DNA from: the human T2T-CHM13v2.0 reference genome, Homo sapiens
DNA length: 64,000 nucleotides
NCBI RefSeq assembly: GCF_009914755.1
Contig: NC_060935.1
Reading direction: 5' to 3' (one strand)
Of the stretch, positions 51,810-64,000 are shown one piece after another. The first letter of the stretch is position 1. Every line of letters begins with the position of its first letter. The translations under genes and the position numbers were made by a program. The notes under the pieces are model-generated. The model saw nothing but the letters and a program-made list of their open reading frames with translations. It had not been told where the DNA came from and did not search any database.

Positions 51810-54800
51810 AAGAGAGAGAGAGACAAAAGCATCAAGTCAAATATAAGGGAATCTCCTAGATTCTTAGCAGACTTCTCAGCAGAAACTTTACAGGCAAGGA
51901 GAGAATAGAATGGTATATTTGAAGTGATGGAAGGAAAAAAAGCCAGATAAAAGGACTACATTTGGCAAATCTATCCTTCAGAAATGAAGGAGAAATAATG
52001 TCTTTCTGAGACAAGCAAAATCTTAGAAAATTTATCCCTGGGCAAGTCCTATAAGAAATACTCAGAGGAGTCCTGGATCTGGAAGTAAAAAGATGGTATC
52101 TACCAACATGAAAACACATAAAAGTATAAAAATCAATGGTTGAGCAAACATACAAATGAGTATGAGAAAATAAGCAAACATTATTAGCCCAGAAAACCAC
52201 CAAACTGCCAAGTTAAACAGTAAGAGATGAAGAAAGAAACAAAGGTTATAAAAACAATCAGAAACAAAAAAATTACTGAAGTAAGCCCTCACCTATCAAT
52301 AACAACCTTGAATGAGAGTGATCTAAATTCTGTCCCCCATCAAAAATATAAAATGGATAAGTGGATAAAAAGTAAAACCCAACTGTGCTGATTACAAGAA
52401 ACTTACTTTACCTAAGTACACGATAAACTGAAAGTGAAGAGATGGAAAAAGATATTCCACACAAACAAAACCAATAGTATGTGGCAGTACCTGCACTTAG
52501 ACAAAATAGATTTTAGTCAAAAAAAACATATAAGAGAAAAAGAAGGTATTTATATTATAATAAGAAGACCAATTGAGTAAGGGGATATAACAAATATATA
52601 GATAGATTAGATATATACTTAACACTGGAGCATCCAGATATATAAAGGAAATATTACTAAAGCTAAAGAGAGACATAGACAGCAATGTAACAATAGTTGG
52701 GGATTTCAGTAACCTACTGTCAGCAATGGAGAGATCATCTAGACAGAAATCAACAAAGAAACAATGAACTTAAACCAAATGTACAGAACATTTCATCTAG
52801 TAGAAGTAGAATACATATTTTCTTCAGCACATGGAGCATATCCTAGCATAGACCACACATTAGGTGACAAAACAAGTCTCAATAATTATTTTAAAAATTA
52901 AAACCATATTAAGTTATATACCCAAATAGTTATCAAGTATGTACTTAGATCATAATGGAATAAAACTAAAATTAATAAAAAGAAACTTTAGAAACTGTAT
53001 AAATACATGAAAATAAGACAACATGCACCTGAAAGACCATTGGTTACATAAAGAAATTAAGAATGAAATTAAAAATTTTCTGAGAATAAATGAAAATAGA
53101 ATATGAACATATAGATAGAGAGACAATATAGTAGAACATATATAGATAGAAAATAGAGCAATATACCAAAACCTATTGGTTACAGCAAAAGCAGTTCTAA
53201 GAGGGAAGTTAATAGCCGTATACACCCACATCAAAAAATAGAAAGATTTCAAATAAGCAGCCTAATCATGCACCTCAAGATCTAGAAAAGTAAGACCAAA
53301 CAAAACAAAAAATTAGTAGATGAAAATAAACAATAAAAATGAGAGCAGAACAAAACAAAATAGAGACAAAACAAATATAAAAATAAATGAAACAAAAATT
53401 GTTTATTTGAAAAATTAACAAAATAGGCAAACCATTATATCAAATGGAATCCAATAGCACATCAAAAGATAATACACCATGATCAAGTGGTATTTATCCT
53501 AAGGATGTAAAAATGGTTCAACATAAGCAAATCAATTAATATGATTCATCCAGTCAAGAGAATAAAGGGAAAAAAACCCTGTGATTATCTCAACAGACAC
53601 AGGAAAAGCATTTCGTAAAACTCAACATCCGTTACAAAACACTAATGAAAAAAACTGAATAAGACACACAAGAAAAAAATGGAAGGCCATCTTATGCTCA
53701 AGAATTGAAAGAATTATTATTAGTAAAATGACCATAATACCCATAGCAATCTGCAGACTCAGTACAATTCCTATCAAAACATCAATGATGTTATTCACAT
53801 AAATTAAAAAGTAAAATAAAATCCATGTGGAATCACAGAAGACCCTAAAAAGTCAAGACATCACTGAGAAAAAGGAACAAAACCAGAGACATTAGAGTCC
53901 CTGGCTTCAAAATAATCTATAAAATTATAGTAACAAAAGCAGCATGGCACTGGCATGAAAACAAATCCATATACCAATGGGACAGAATAGAGGACCCAGA
54001 AATAATCCATGTTATTTATAGCCAACTTATTTTCCACAATGATGTCAAGAACAAACACTGGGGAAAGGACACCCTCTTCAATAAATGATGCTGGAAAAAA
54101 ACAGATATCTGTATGCATAGTACTAAGAGTAGACCTTTGTCTCCCACCAAATACAAAAATTAACTAAAAATGAATTAAAGATTTAAGTGTAACACTTGAA
54201 ACTATACAACTACAAGAGTAAAACATAGGCGGAATCCTTCAGAACACTGGTCTCGGCCAGGATTTTATGGCTAAGACTACAAAAACATAGGTAACAAAAC
54301 AAAAATAGGCAAATGGGACTAAAACTAAAAAGCTTCTGCATAGCAAAGGAAACAATCATCAGGATGAAGAGAAAACTTGTAGGATGGGAGGAAATATTTG
54401 CAAACTATTCATCCAACAAGGGACTAATATCCAGAATATGTAAGGAACTCGAACAAATTAACAGGAAAAAAATAATCTGATTTAAAAATGGGCAAAATGG
54501 CTGAATAGACATTTCTCAAAAGAAGACATACGAATGACCAACAACTATATAAAAAAAGTTCAACATCACTAATAATCAGATAAGTGCAAATCAAAATTAC
54601 AATGAGCTATCATTTCACCCTGTTAGAATGGCAATTGCCAAAAAGACAAAACATAATGAATGCTGGCAGGAAGGTGGAGGACAGGGAACTCTCACAAAAT
54701 GTTTGCAGGAATGTAAATTGGTACAGCCATTATGGAAAAGAGTACAAGTGTTTATCAAAAAACTAAAACTAGAACCACCATATGATCCAGCAATTCCATT

Positions 54801-55446
54801 AGTAGTTATTTATCCAAAGAAAATAAAATCACTGTATAGAAAAGACATCTGCACATCCATGTTTATTGCAGCACTATTCACAATAATCAAGATATGGGAT
54901 TAACCTAAATTTCCATCAATAGATGGATGGATAATAAAAATGTGGTATACACACACAATGGAATATTATTCATTGTGCTGTAAAAAACAATAAAATTCTG
55001 TCATTGTGGTACCATAGATGAACCTGGAGGACACTGTAAGTCAGGCACAGAAAAATTAATACTACATGTTCTCCCTCATGCGGTAGCCAAATAATAATAA
55101 AAAGACCTCATATAAGCAGAGAATAGAATTCTGGTTATTACACTCTGGGATAGATATGGGGAAGGGAAGGATAAAGAGGAGCTTGTTAATGGATACAAAA
55201 TTACAATTATATAAGAGGAAAAAGTACTAGTGTTCTATAGCATTGTAGGGTCAATGTAGTTAACAATAACTTATTGTTCGAAAAGCTAGAAAATAGGATT
55301 TTAAATGTTCTCAACACAAGTAATAAATATTTGAGATGATGAATATTCTAACTTGATCATTACACATTATAAATGTATCAAAATAGCATTCTGTGTTTTA
55401 GAAATATATACAATTATTACATGTAAAGTAAAAATAAAATAAAAAA
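51810..55446 (+). mobile_element. L1MA-grade element, from the ORF1 end to the poly(A), with large internal ORF2 deletions
   Basis: ORF1 'gcagacttctcagcagaaactttacaggc'; endonuclease 'caataacaaccttgaatg'; ORF2 C-terminus 'LEPPYDPAIPL'; L1MA 3' UTR 'ggatacaaaattacaa...gtgttctatagcattgtagg'; deletion junctions near 53437 and 53631. Confidence 0.92.
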
Positions 55447-56056
55447 GTGTTGTTAAAAGATATGTGGTACTTTTATAGTATACTATACTCAGCAGCACTT
55501 AACATTAATATGACATTATATAAACAGATATGAAAGCTATTCAAATAAAAATGAGCAGAATTTAATTGCTTTCATTCATATTGAAATATACAAAAAATTC
55601 AAACCTTCAGGTATGTATTTAATTTAATCGTATTTGTACTGAAAATTTCATAAACTCAAAAAACAATCTAAAACAATACATACCCAATTTAGTAGGAGTG
55701 TAAAATGAGTGATAAATGGAAATGAGCATAGAGTGCAATTTAGACATATAACTGGTTTGACTTACTTAACAGTCAATGTATTCAATGTATGTATGTATTA
55801 CTTAGAGTGTTTAATGTAAGTATATGAACAATGCAATGTTACCATTGTATTTATTTTAAAAATACAAACTAGGAGTTTACAAGTAAGATATGGACTCCCT
55901 TTTCTTGTAAAATATTCAAAAATCTTTCTAACCATTCAAAATACCTTTCCCCATATCTCTCTGCATAGAGAACTGGTCATCTACTCAATTTATGAAAATG
56001 ATCACCCTGTGTCTTTGTTCTTCATAATATTTCTCACACATAAAATCCCTTAATAA

Positions 56057-56220
56057 GCTGAGTGTGGTGGCACGCACCTGTAGTCGCAGCTACTCAAAAG
56101 CCAAGGTGGGAGGATCACTTGAGCACAGGAGTTCGAGGCTACAGTGAGTTATGTTTGCACCACTTGCACTGCAGTCTGGGAGACACAGCGAGATCTTATC
56201 CTAAAAAAATTAAAATAAAA
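56057..56220 (+). mobile_element. Free right Alu monomer (FRAM-like) with TSD
   Basis: Right-arm-only sequence with an A tail; flanked by taaaa(t)cccttaataa on both sides. Confidence 0.85.
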
Positions 56221-57499
56221 TAAAACCCTTAATAATTGTAATCAGAATTGTAGAAAACTCTACTCACATATCAAAACCTCTGAGATTATTTTTCTAACTA
56301 CCTCAAGCCACCTTTAACACCCCTTCTTGGTGTCCCTGTGATATTTGCGCTTACCCATCTTCTATATTTTGTCATATTGTATTCTACATTTCTGCATACT
56401 TATCTTCCTTATAATACTGAAAATTTTTATTTGACAGAAATAATGTCTTTCCACATATTTGCTTGTTGTTCCACTGAATGAATAAAGAAAAAGAGGAAAG
56501 GGAAATGTAAGGAAATATAATTATTTTCTGGTAAATTGTTTCAACATAAATTGAAGACAACTGGTTTGAAATTACTTTGAATCAGTATAAATTTATTATA
56601 GTCTACACTAATCCCAAACACTGTATTGCATTAACAATTTTCTGATTATCATGTTAAGTTTTGAGACATACTCTGGAATCAGTCTCCAACAAAATTTAAT
56701 TGTCAGCATTTTATTCCTAGTTTAACTACATAATGAAGAAAATGAGGGAATGAAGGGAAGGAAAGTCACATATGCTTTTGAGGAGGAATAATATAATGGT
56801 TTATGATGTCTCTGGCTAAATCTTACATCCTGTATGCATCTCTTCACAAAAATAATGTAAAACAATATGAATTGCTGCTAACCACTATGTTAGTTGCATT
56901 GTTGACATTATCCCTTAAGGAAGGTTTTGGGTAGGTAATCATATTTATGACACAAATAAGAAAATAAGCTAAGAATGTTCAATTGGTTTGCTCAAAGCTC
57001 TTCTACCATGAACTTATGGAGCTGGAATTTGAACCCAAGTATAAGTATAAAGTTTGTGATCTTTACATTAAACCTTAGAAGATGTATACCCCACAGTGCT
57101 TTTAAATGTAAAATGACATAATGCATTGCAGAGTGCTTTGAGCTTCAGGAGACATTGCATTAATGTAATGGATTTCTAAAGAATATAGGGCTGATACATC
57201 TACACTTCCATTATTTTTGTCATCAGCCTTCATTTGATGCACTTAACTAAGTAGAAAAGCCCGTACTCAAACATACCCTAAATGAAAGTTACAGTCTGGT
57301 CTCAACTCATAACAAAGTAGAGATTCCACTGCTTGTGATATAGATGCACCCTCTTCCAAGCCCACAAGCCCAAATGGTAGCAGCTGACCCAAGAAATCTT
57401 AAACAAGCCTGTTTTTCAGAGCCTGTCCGCTCTGAATAGAGTCCTGAAACCTTCCATCGGCCTATTGCAGGCCTAGCTTATGACATAAAAGAGCAAGTG

Positions 57500-57790
57500 A
57501 GCACCGCTTTACCTCACTAGCGGTCCCATGCATATCAGGATGAAAATCCACCTGGCCCGAGGGAGCCACCTGTTCTCTTATGACCTACAGCTTTTCCAAA
57601 TCAGCTCAGTTATAGATAGTTTCCAGGTGTCTAAGGCCCCATGGTCTTGGAGTGGTGATGGCCTCCCCATAGTGTCAGAGAAAGAAGCCTTTGGGGGTAA
57701 CTCTTTAGAGCTAATACCTTAATAAGAGGACAATTAAGAAGGAGGAAGCATTGGGTCCTCAACTGTCTCTGGGGACTGTCTCTCAGCAGG
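57500..57790 (-). promoter_or_regulatory. Candidate OR promoter/first exon (O/E-like and homeodomain sites, 5' splice donor)
   Basis: O/E-like tctctgggga (57766-57775) and cccgagggag (57557-57566); CAATTA (57731); minus-strand donor gag|gtaaag (57513/57512); apparently unique sequence. Motif-level evidence only. Confidence 0.35.
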
Positions 57791-58517
57791 ATTGCTTGAA
57801 TGTCAGAATTGTTGGTTCTTAAAATTATCGTATGTATATATTGAGAAAAGAAAGATGATGCCTCAGTTCTTTGTTTTAAATAACGCTTTTTATTTTTAAT
57901 ATAGACAAATATTAAAACACTGGCATCATTCATGTTACATTAATATTAGGTTTAATTTTATTTCATAATTTTCATATTTATGTTAAATATTTAAAACATA
58001 TTAGACTTTACAAGTTTATTGCATAATCCAAGCTTTTTGTTGTGATATACACTCTATTTCCTTCATGATTCTTTAGAATAAATGTTATAGAAATTAATTA
58101 TATGAAATACATCAAAATATAATATTCAGCTGAGGTTGAACAAGGAAGCAATGATTTCTAGTTTCAGCTTTTATGCTATTAACAAATGTCCTTTTTTACT
58201 TAGTGCAACCTTTTTCTCATGTTTTGCTTCTTATTGATGATCCCACTGTTTAAATGGCCCTGAAGTGTAATGCTGAAGTGCTATCAAGTTTTTCCAATTG
58301 CAAGGAGGCCATCTTGTGCCTTATGGAGAAAATAACTTTGCTAGGTAAGCTTCATCCAAAAATGAGTTATAGTGCTGTTGGTTGTGAGTTCAAAGCTGAT
58401 GAACAACAATACAGTTTCCTTTGAAAAAGAAGGAAGTTTATCTAGCTGTATATGATGTCACTTTGGAAAATGCTTCAGTAGCATTTATGATGTGTGATAA
58501 AGGTGTGGAAAAATGTG

Positions 58518-59272
58518 TGTTAAATAAAATTTATGAGAAGCCATTGTTCTGAAGTGAGCTCCTGCACTAGGTCCCAACAAACTAAACCAAAATGGAGTCA
58601 CTTGTGTTAGGTACCATGTAATCAAACAGAAACTCTAAAGAATCACAGAAATCCCCAACCAGACCAGTTTTTCCTAAAAATAAGATAGTCACAGGAAACA
58701 ATCAGAAAAGGCCCAGTCTGTGCTGGCATGATTAATAAATACCCTCTGCTTTAACTCTTAGGAAGAAATTAAAAGTAACTTAATATTGACCAATTTTCAT
58801 TTTGTGTTATTCTGTTTCCTTGTTCCTGCTCAACCCTCAACCTGGTTTGCAAAAAACAACTGTTACACCCTATCCAATGGAACTCCTTTTACTTCTTTTC
58901 TTTTCTTTTTTTGAGATGGAGTCTCACTCTGTCGCCCAGCCTGGAGTGCAGTGGTGTGATCTCGGTTCACTGCATACTCCACCTTTGGAGTTCAAGTGAG
59001 TCTCTGCCTCAGCATCCTGACTAGCTGGGACTACAGGCGTGCTAATTTTTGTATTTTTTGTAGAGATGGGTTTTTGCCATGTTGGCCAGGCTGTTCTTGA
59101 ACTCTTGGCCTCAAGTGATCTACCCGCCTCAGCTTCCCAAAGTGCAGGGATTACAGGCATGAGCCACCTTACCAGGCATCCTTCTATTTTTAAATGGGAT
59201 GCCGCATGCTTCACAACTCATTAATAAAAGCCATTTTGATCTTTAAATTTGTTGAAATTAGGTTTTTTAATG
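58518..59272 (+). mobile_element. ERV1 solo LTR (MER39-like) containing an Alu
   Basis: tgttaaataaaatttatg...gagctcctgcactagg...aatggagtcac ... aataaaagcc...gatctttaaatttgttg. Confidence 0.8.
58893..59177 (-). mobile_element. AluS inside the MER39-like LTR
   Basis: Antisense dimer with a short deletion at 'ctacaggcgt|gctaattttt'. Confidence 0.92.
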
Positions 59273-59864
59273 GAGGAAAAAAAGGCTAAACTTGTGGATT
59301 AATGAGATGTAAACTAATAAAAAAAATAAGTGTAGGCAACAGCATTGTTGTGAGGCTGAAAGCCAAAGAAATTTATATTAAAGTTACCCAGGGTAAGAAA
59401 AATGTCAGACTCTCCTTGGCTGGTGTTGGCTGGCATATACGTTTGAAAAGACGATAAGGCATGAAAAAGTTTAATCTTGCAACTGAGGTAGGTTCTGCAT
59501 ATCAGGAAGCTACAGAATTTTTTAAATGCCTGCTAAGGGTTATACAGGAAAATAATTACGTGAAAGAGCAGGTTTTCAATGCTGATGAGACTGGCTTATT
59601 ATACAAGGACACTACCAAGTAGACCTTTATAATGCAAATGGCTTCCAAATCCCCTGGCTTTAAATTATTAAAAAGCTGTGCAATTACTTACTTTTAAGAA
59701 CTACATATTAAATAATATGTTTTTAAACAGCACTACCCACAAAACAAGATTATGTGTTGATTGACTGACAAAAATATTGTGACCAGCAGCTTGTAGAAAG
59801 CTAACCTTAGGAGGAGTAATGAATGGTTCCATATTTGTTAATTCCGTGTTCATGGCAATGGTTA

Positions 59865-60369
59865 TGAAGTAGTCTTGTTTTCTGAGGTGTTATCCAGAGT
59901 TCTTTGTCTCAAGATCATGAAAAATAAGGAGTGTGGACACCAAGGGTGAGGTTGGAGCGGAAGTTTAATAAATGAAAGAGGAAAGCTCTCTGCAGCTGAG
60001 AGGGGGTCCAAGAGGGTTGCTGTTTCACAGTTGAATACAATTGTTTTTATAAGAATCTTCCCTTATCTGTGTAGCTGCCTGTGTAACTTCCCTTATCTGC
60101 ACAGCTGCGGGCATGTCTTCTCTAAAAAAGAGAGAAATATGCTCAACAGAGCTCACCGTGTACATGTCTGTAAAAAGGGAGGAAAGAAGTTTTTCTTCCC
60201 TGGAGCCCGAGGTATTACACAAAGGGCAGAGACGTTTCTATGTTGGGCCTTACGCCCTTATCTGTGTCTGTAGCTTTATTTTTCCCCAGGCTGCTCTTTT
60301 GTTTGAAAGAATTTCACTAAGTACCTGCCCTAATTCTGTCTACCTAGCTTTTTTTTTTCTCCTCTCTCA
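59865..60369 (-). mobile_element. ERV1 solo LTR (MER50-like)
   Basis: TG...CA ends with a perfect 4-bp TSD gtta (59861-59864/60370-60373). Reverse complement starts tgagagagg...ttagggcagg...aattctttcaaacaaaagagcagcctg. Tigger7 resumes after it. Confidence 0.82.
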
Positions 60370-60406
60370 GTTACACAACATAGCTACTGAAAAGAATGAG
60401 AATTGA

Positions 60407-60414
60407 CTCTCTCT

Positions 60415-60468
<54 letters not shown>
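60407..60468. repeat. (CT)6(GT)25 compound microsatellite
   Basis: Seen directly. Confidence 0.95.
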
Positions 60469-60470
<2 letters not shown>

Positions 60471-60504
60471 ACATATATATCTTTGGCCAGGCTCACTCTC
60501 TGTT

Positions 60505-61030
60505 ACTTTTTTTTTTAATTGACAAATAAAAATGGTGTATCTTCATGGTGCACAACATGATGTACTATATATATATATGTAAATATGTTGTGGAATAGAT
60601 GTATTAGGCTACACTTCTTCACATGTTAATCATTTTGTGGATATGGGAACACCTAAACTATACTCACTTAGCAATTTTCAAATATATATTATATCGTCAG
60701 CTGTAGTCATAATGATGTACAACAGATCTCTTGCACTTATTCTTCTTACGTAACAGAGATTGTGTCCTTAATGAGATCTCTCCAGTTCCCCACCTCTTAG
60801 CCTCTTGTAACCATCATTTTTACTCATTTTATTTTCTGTTTCTATGAGTTTGACTTTTTTAGATTCCACATACATATGAATGAGATCACATATCATTTGC
60901 TCTTATATGAATTAATTGTTTTACTTAAAAATGACCTCCATATTTATACATGCTGTTACGAATGACAAACTTCTTTCTTTTTTAAGCCTAAGTAGTATCC
61001 CATTGCATATATATCTGCCTCATTTTGTTT
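60505..61030 (-). mobile_element. L1MA-grade 3' end
   Basis: T-rich tail, then 'aattgacaaataaaa...tacaacagatctcttg...ttctatgagtttgactttttagattccaca'. Confidence 0.8.
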
Positions 61031-61376
61031 GCACCCTCTTTCACCTGTGAAGAAACTCTTGGGCTGAGGGGATCTCTCTTGGCATTGCACTGTGCCAGGT
61101 AGGGAGGAGGGTAACTTGGGCAAGGGAAGCTTTTCCTTTTATCTTCTTCAATGTGCCTTTTCTCATTCTCTGCTCCACTACAGGGCTGCAATTTCTCTCT
61201 TACATTCCAGATCTCTCACAAAGATATTTTTGTCCATGGACAGTTATTAAATTTGTGATTTTGTGAGGGAGGAGTACCAGGACTGTCTATTCTTCCATTT
61301 TGCTGACCTAAACCTAAATTATTTGTCATCATCTCCTTAGAAGCCAAAGCTCCCTAATAGCTCTCTCTTCCAGATT

Positions 61377-61647
61377 CAAGGTTACCATTTTTCATGCCTT
61401 ATTGTTTTTTCAAACATGTGAGTCAGCCAACACCAGCTAAGAAGACTTTGACATTTCTCTTACCCTTGGTAACTGAAATGTAAATTTCTTTGGCTTTCAG
61501 CCTCACGATAATGTCATCCCTTATACTTGTTTTTTTATTAGTTGACATTTCATCAATCCATACATTTAGCCTTTTATTTCTGTTAAAAATTTTTCAACCA
61601 ATTTAGTCTAAAGATCTAAATGATGTTTATTAATGATTCATGAATCA
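61377..61647 (-). repeat. Inverted copy of 59218-59479 (MER39-like LTR end joined to Tigger7)
   Basis: Reverse complement shares 'gtgaggctgaaagccaaagaaattta', 'gctggtgttggctg', 'ataaggcatgaaaaa' and the LTR/Tigger junction. Confidence 0.88.
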
Positions 61648-62129
61648 TGAGTCAGGGCCAGATTGTAAACTAGAATCCTTAGAGACATTGTGTCTTTAAC
61701 AAAACTGGCTCTGGGGGATTTTCTATTGAAAGCTCTTTTCAGGCAAGGAGTGGTGCCCTCATAAAGCCTTTGCCTATTGAAACAACACAGGCAACACAGA
61801 TTTTATCCTGGAGCTAAGCCTGGTGAGTCTTCCCTGTCTCCCAGCTCACAGGTGCATTTTTAGGACACAGTGATAGACGAAGAGAAAGAGGAGAATAGAA
61901 GGGAGGAAGAGAAGACAAAAGCTTTGAGGAAAGAAGACTAAGGATGAAGCTTAAAGAATAAGAAGAATCAAGGCTCAGAAGGGTCATATAATACTAGGAG
62001 AAATTTTGGATTTCAGCCTAAATTGATTTGGGTTACATTTTAGAAAAAATAAGTCTTTTCACATCTAAAGAAATAATAGCATAGTATCTTTCGAATATGG
62101 TCTAAGTGTCTTAAAATAAATATCTATTT

Positions 62130-62335
62130 AAAACTGATTACATATTTAGGGTTATTTATTATCTCTATTTTATGGATGTAGGAAATGAGATATAGAGATG
62201 TTAAATTATGTCTGCAAAGTCACATAGCTAACAGGTAATGTTCATTTGCTTTGACTACAGAATGAATTAATTATGAAGCTGGGTTTCAACACTCTTATTC
62301 TGACTGCAGAGTTCACACTTCTAAGCACTGCAAAA
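62130..62335 (-). mobile_element. MIR
   Basis: 'ctattttatggatgtaggaaatgagatatagagatgttaaatt...aaagtcacatagcta...tctgactgcagag'. Confidence 0.65.
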
Positions 62336-62907
62336 TACTGTGTTATTATCAACTGAAGACACAATAATGGTTTGAACTAGTCCCGATAGGATGGAGCCAA
62401 ATTTATTGTTTTTAAAGATACTAGAGATGTAGACTCAATAGTATTTTTAATACTATGGAGAGGATACACCTTAGATTTTTTATCTAGCCAGTCCACTGAA
62501 TGATAATGACGTAAAAAGATTACACAATTTCATTGCTCTGTGTGTCTTCTGACTATTTCTATGTGGTATTCATGTCACTGTCTACTTAACAAACTATTCA
62601 GACCCTGTCTTACTATAGAAATAATTATCTGAGTTGACAGATATAATTTCCCCATTATTTTATTTGCAAACACCGAATACAATGTCCTCTACCTCTCTTA
62701 CAAAAAACACACAAATATATAGCTTATTTATTTCCTTTAATGATCAGCTTTGCACTTATTAGCTAAAGTAATTTTTTTATTTACTGAGATTCTATTACAT
62801 ATGAGAAGTTTGAAAAGGAAAAATACAGTTTTTGTAGCTTTCTGAGACTATTGCCTGTATTTCTGTTCTTCAGAGATGTTATTCAGGAATACAGAAAGTT
62901 TAATTGA

Positions 62908-63283
<376 letters not shown>

Positions 63284-64000
63284 AAAAAAATGCTTTTATA
63301 ATTGAATCCTACTTTCACACCTTTTGTTGTCCATGTCACACCTTCTTATTCACTGTTCAATTACAAGGTCAAAACATTATACAAGAAAGACTGTTCTACA
63401 CATTCCACATTGCGTCTCATGCAAATAACATCAACTTTTCTTAGCCTTTCCTCTTTTCAAATGTTTACCATTTCCTTCTAGGAGTTCCCTATTTCCCCAT
63501 CCATATTACAGTGCTCCTCCCATCACCTGTTTATCATGGAACCTCCTCTTCTTGGCTTTGCTTCTCTCATGTTAATGTTTAGCCCACATCCTGATTGTCT
63601 TCTGGAAACTATAGTCATAATTAGTATTGCTGCTCTGGAATCCTCCAATGATAAAAAATGAACAAAAGACTTTTTACTATATAATAATTATACTTAATGA
63701 ATGATTGAATGCCTTGAAAATACTCCTCTAACAAATGCCATAAGGTACATGAAAATATGTAAAAACAATTTAGGTAGCTTTAGAAATGATATATATATAT
63801 TTTTTTTTTACTTCTAATAACTCAATGCTCAGATTGTATTTTTCTCTTTCTAGTCTTTTCTTCAACATGTTTTTCATCTATCTTAAACACTCAAAATCTA
63901 AGTGTCTCAGATTTAAAATAAAGATACTGATATCTCTTATTCAGACGCATGTGTGTTTAAAAGAGATTACCTGTGTTACTGTGTGTGAGAGGAGGGGAAG

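Larger units (their letters stand above)
58125..60408 (+). mobile_element. Tigger7/MER44-family DNA transposon, interrupted by two LTRs
   Basis: 'cagctgaggttgaacaagg', 'atgagttatagtgctgttggttgtgagttcaa', pogo-type 'caggttttcaatgctgatgagactggctt' (QVFNADETGL), and end 'catagctactg...gagaattgact'. Confidence 0.85.

Overview
Human (primate) genomic DNA: AT-rich, CpG-depleted and dense in retroelements. It belongs to the class I olfactory receptor (OR52) cluster that I recognise as 11p15.4, near the beta-globin locus; the gene names and location are from memory, not a database search. There are five single-coding-exon OR loci: OR52J2P (+, two in-frame stops), OR52J3 (+, intact, 311 aa), OR52E2 (-, intact, 325 aa), OR52E1 (+, open 308-aa frame with several broken motifs) and OR52S1P (-, one 2-bp frameshift, otherwise canonical). 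The rest is mostly L1, Alu, MIR/L2, solo LTRs (LTR22, MST/MLT1, MER39, MER50) and Tigger/MER DNA transposon fossils, often nested. I see no evidence for a wholly new biological system. The observations most worth following up are: (1) a single-hit pseudogene whose motifs are better preserved than those of its intact neighbours; (2) independent loss of the DRY arginine in both OR52E genes; (3) a CpG-rich, hairpin-forming ~300-bp segment that truncates an MLT1 LTR; (4) three local non-tandem duplications, covering a splice-acceptor-like cassette, an inverted LTR/Tigger junction and a 90-bp chimeric unit; (5) out-of-frame upstream AUGs in the predicted coding exons; (6) a textbook twin-primed L1. 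Repeat subfamily names come from remembered consensus sequences, and boundaries of old repeats are approximate.
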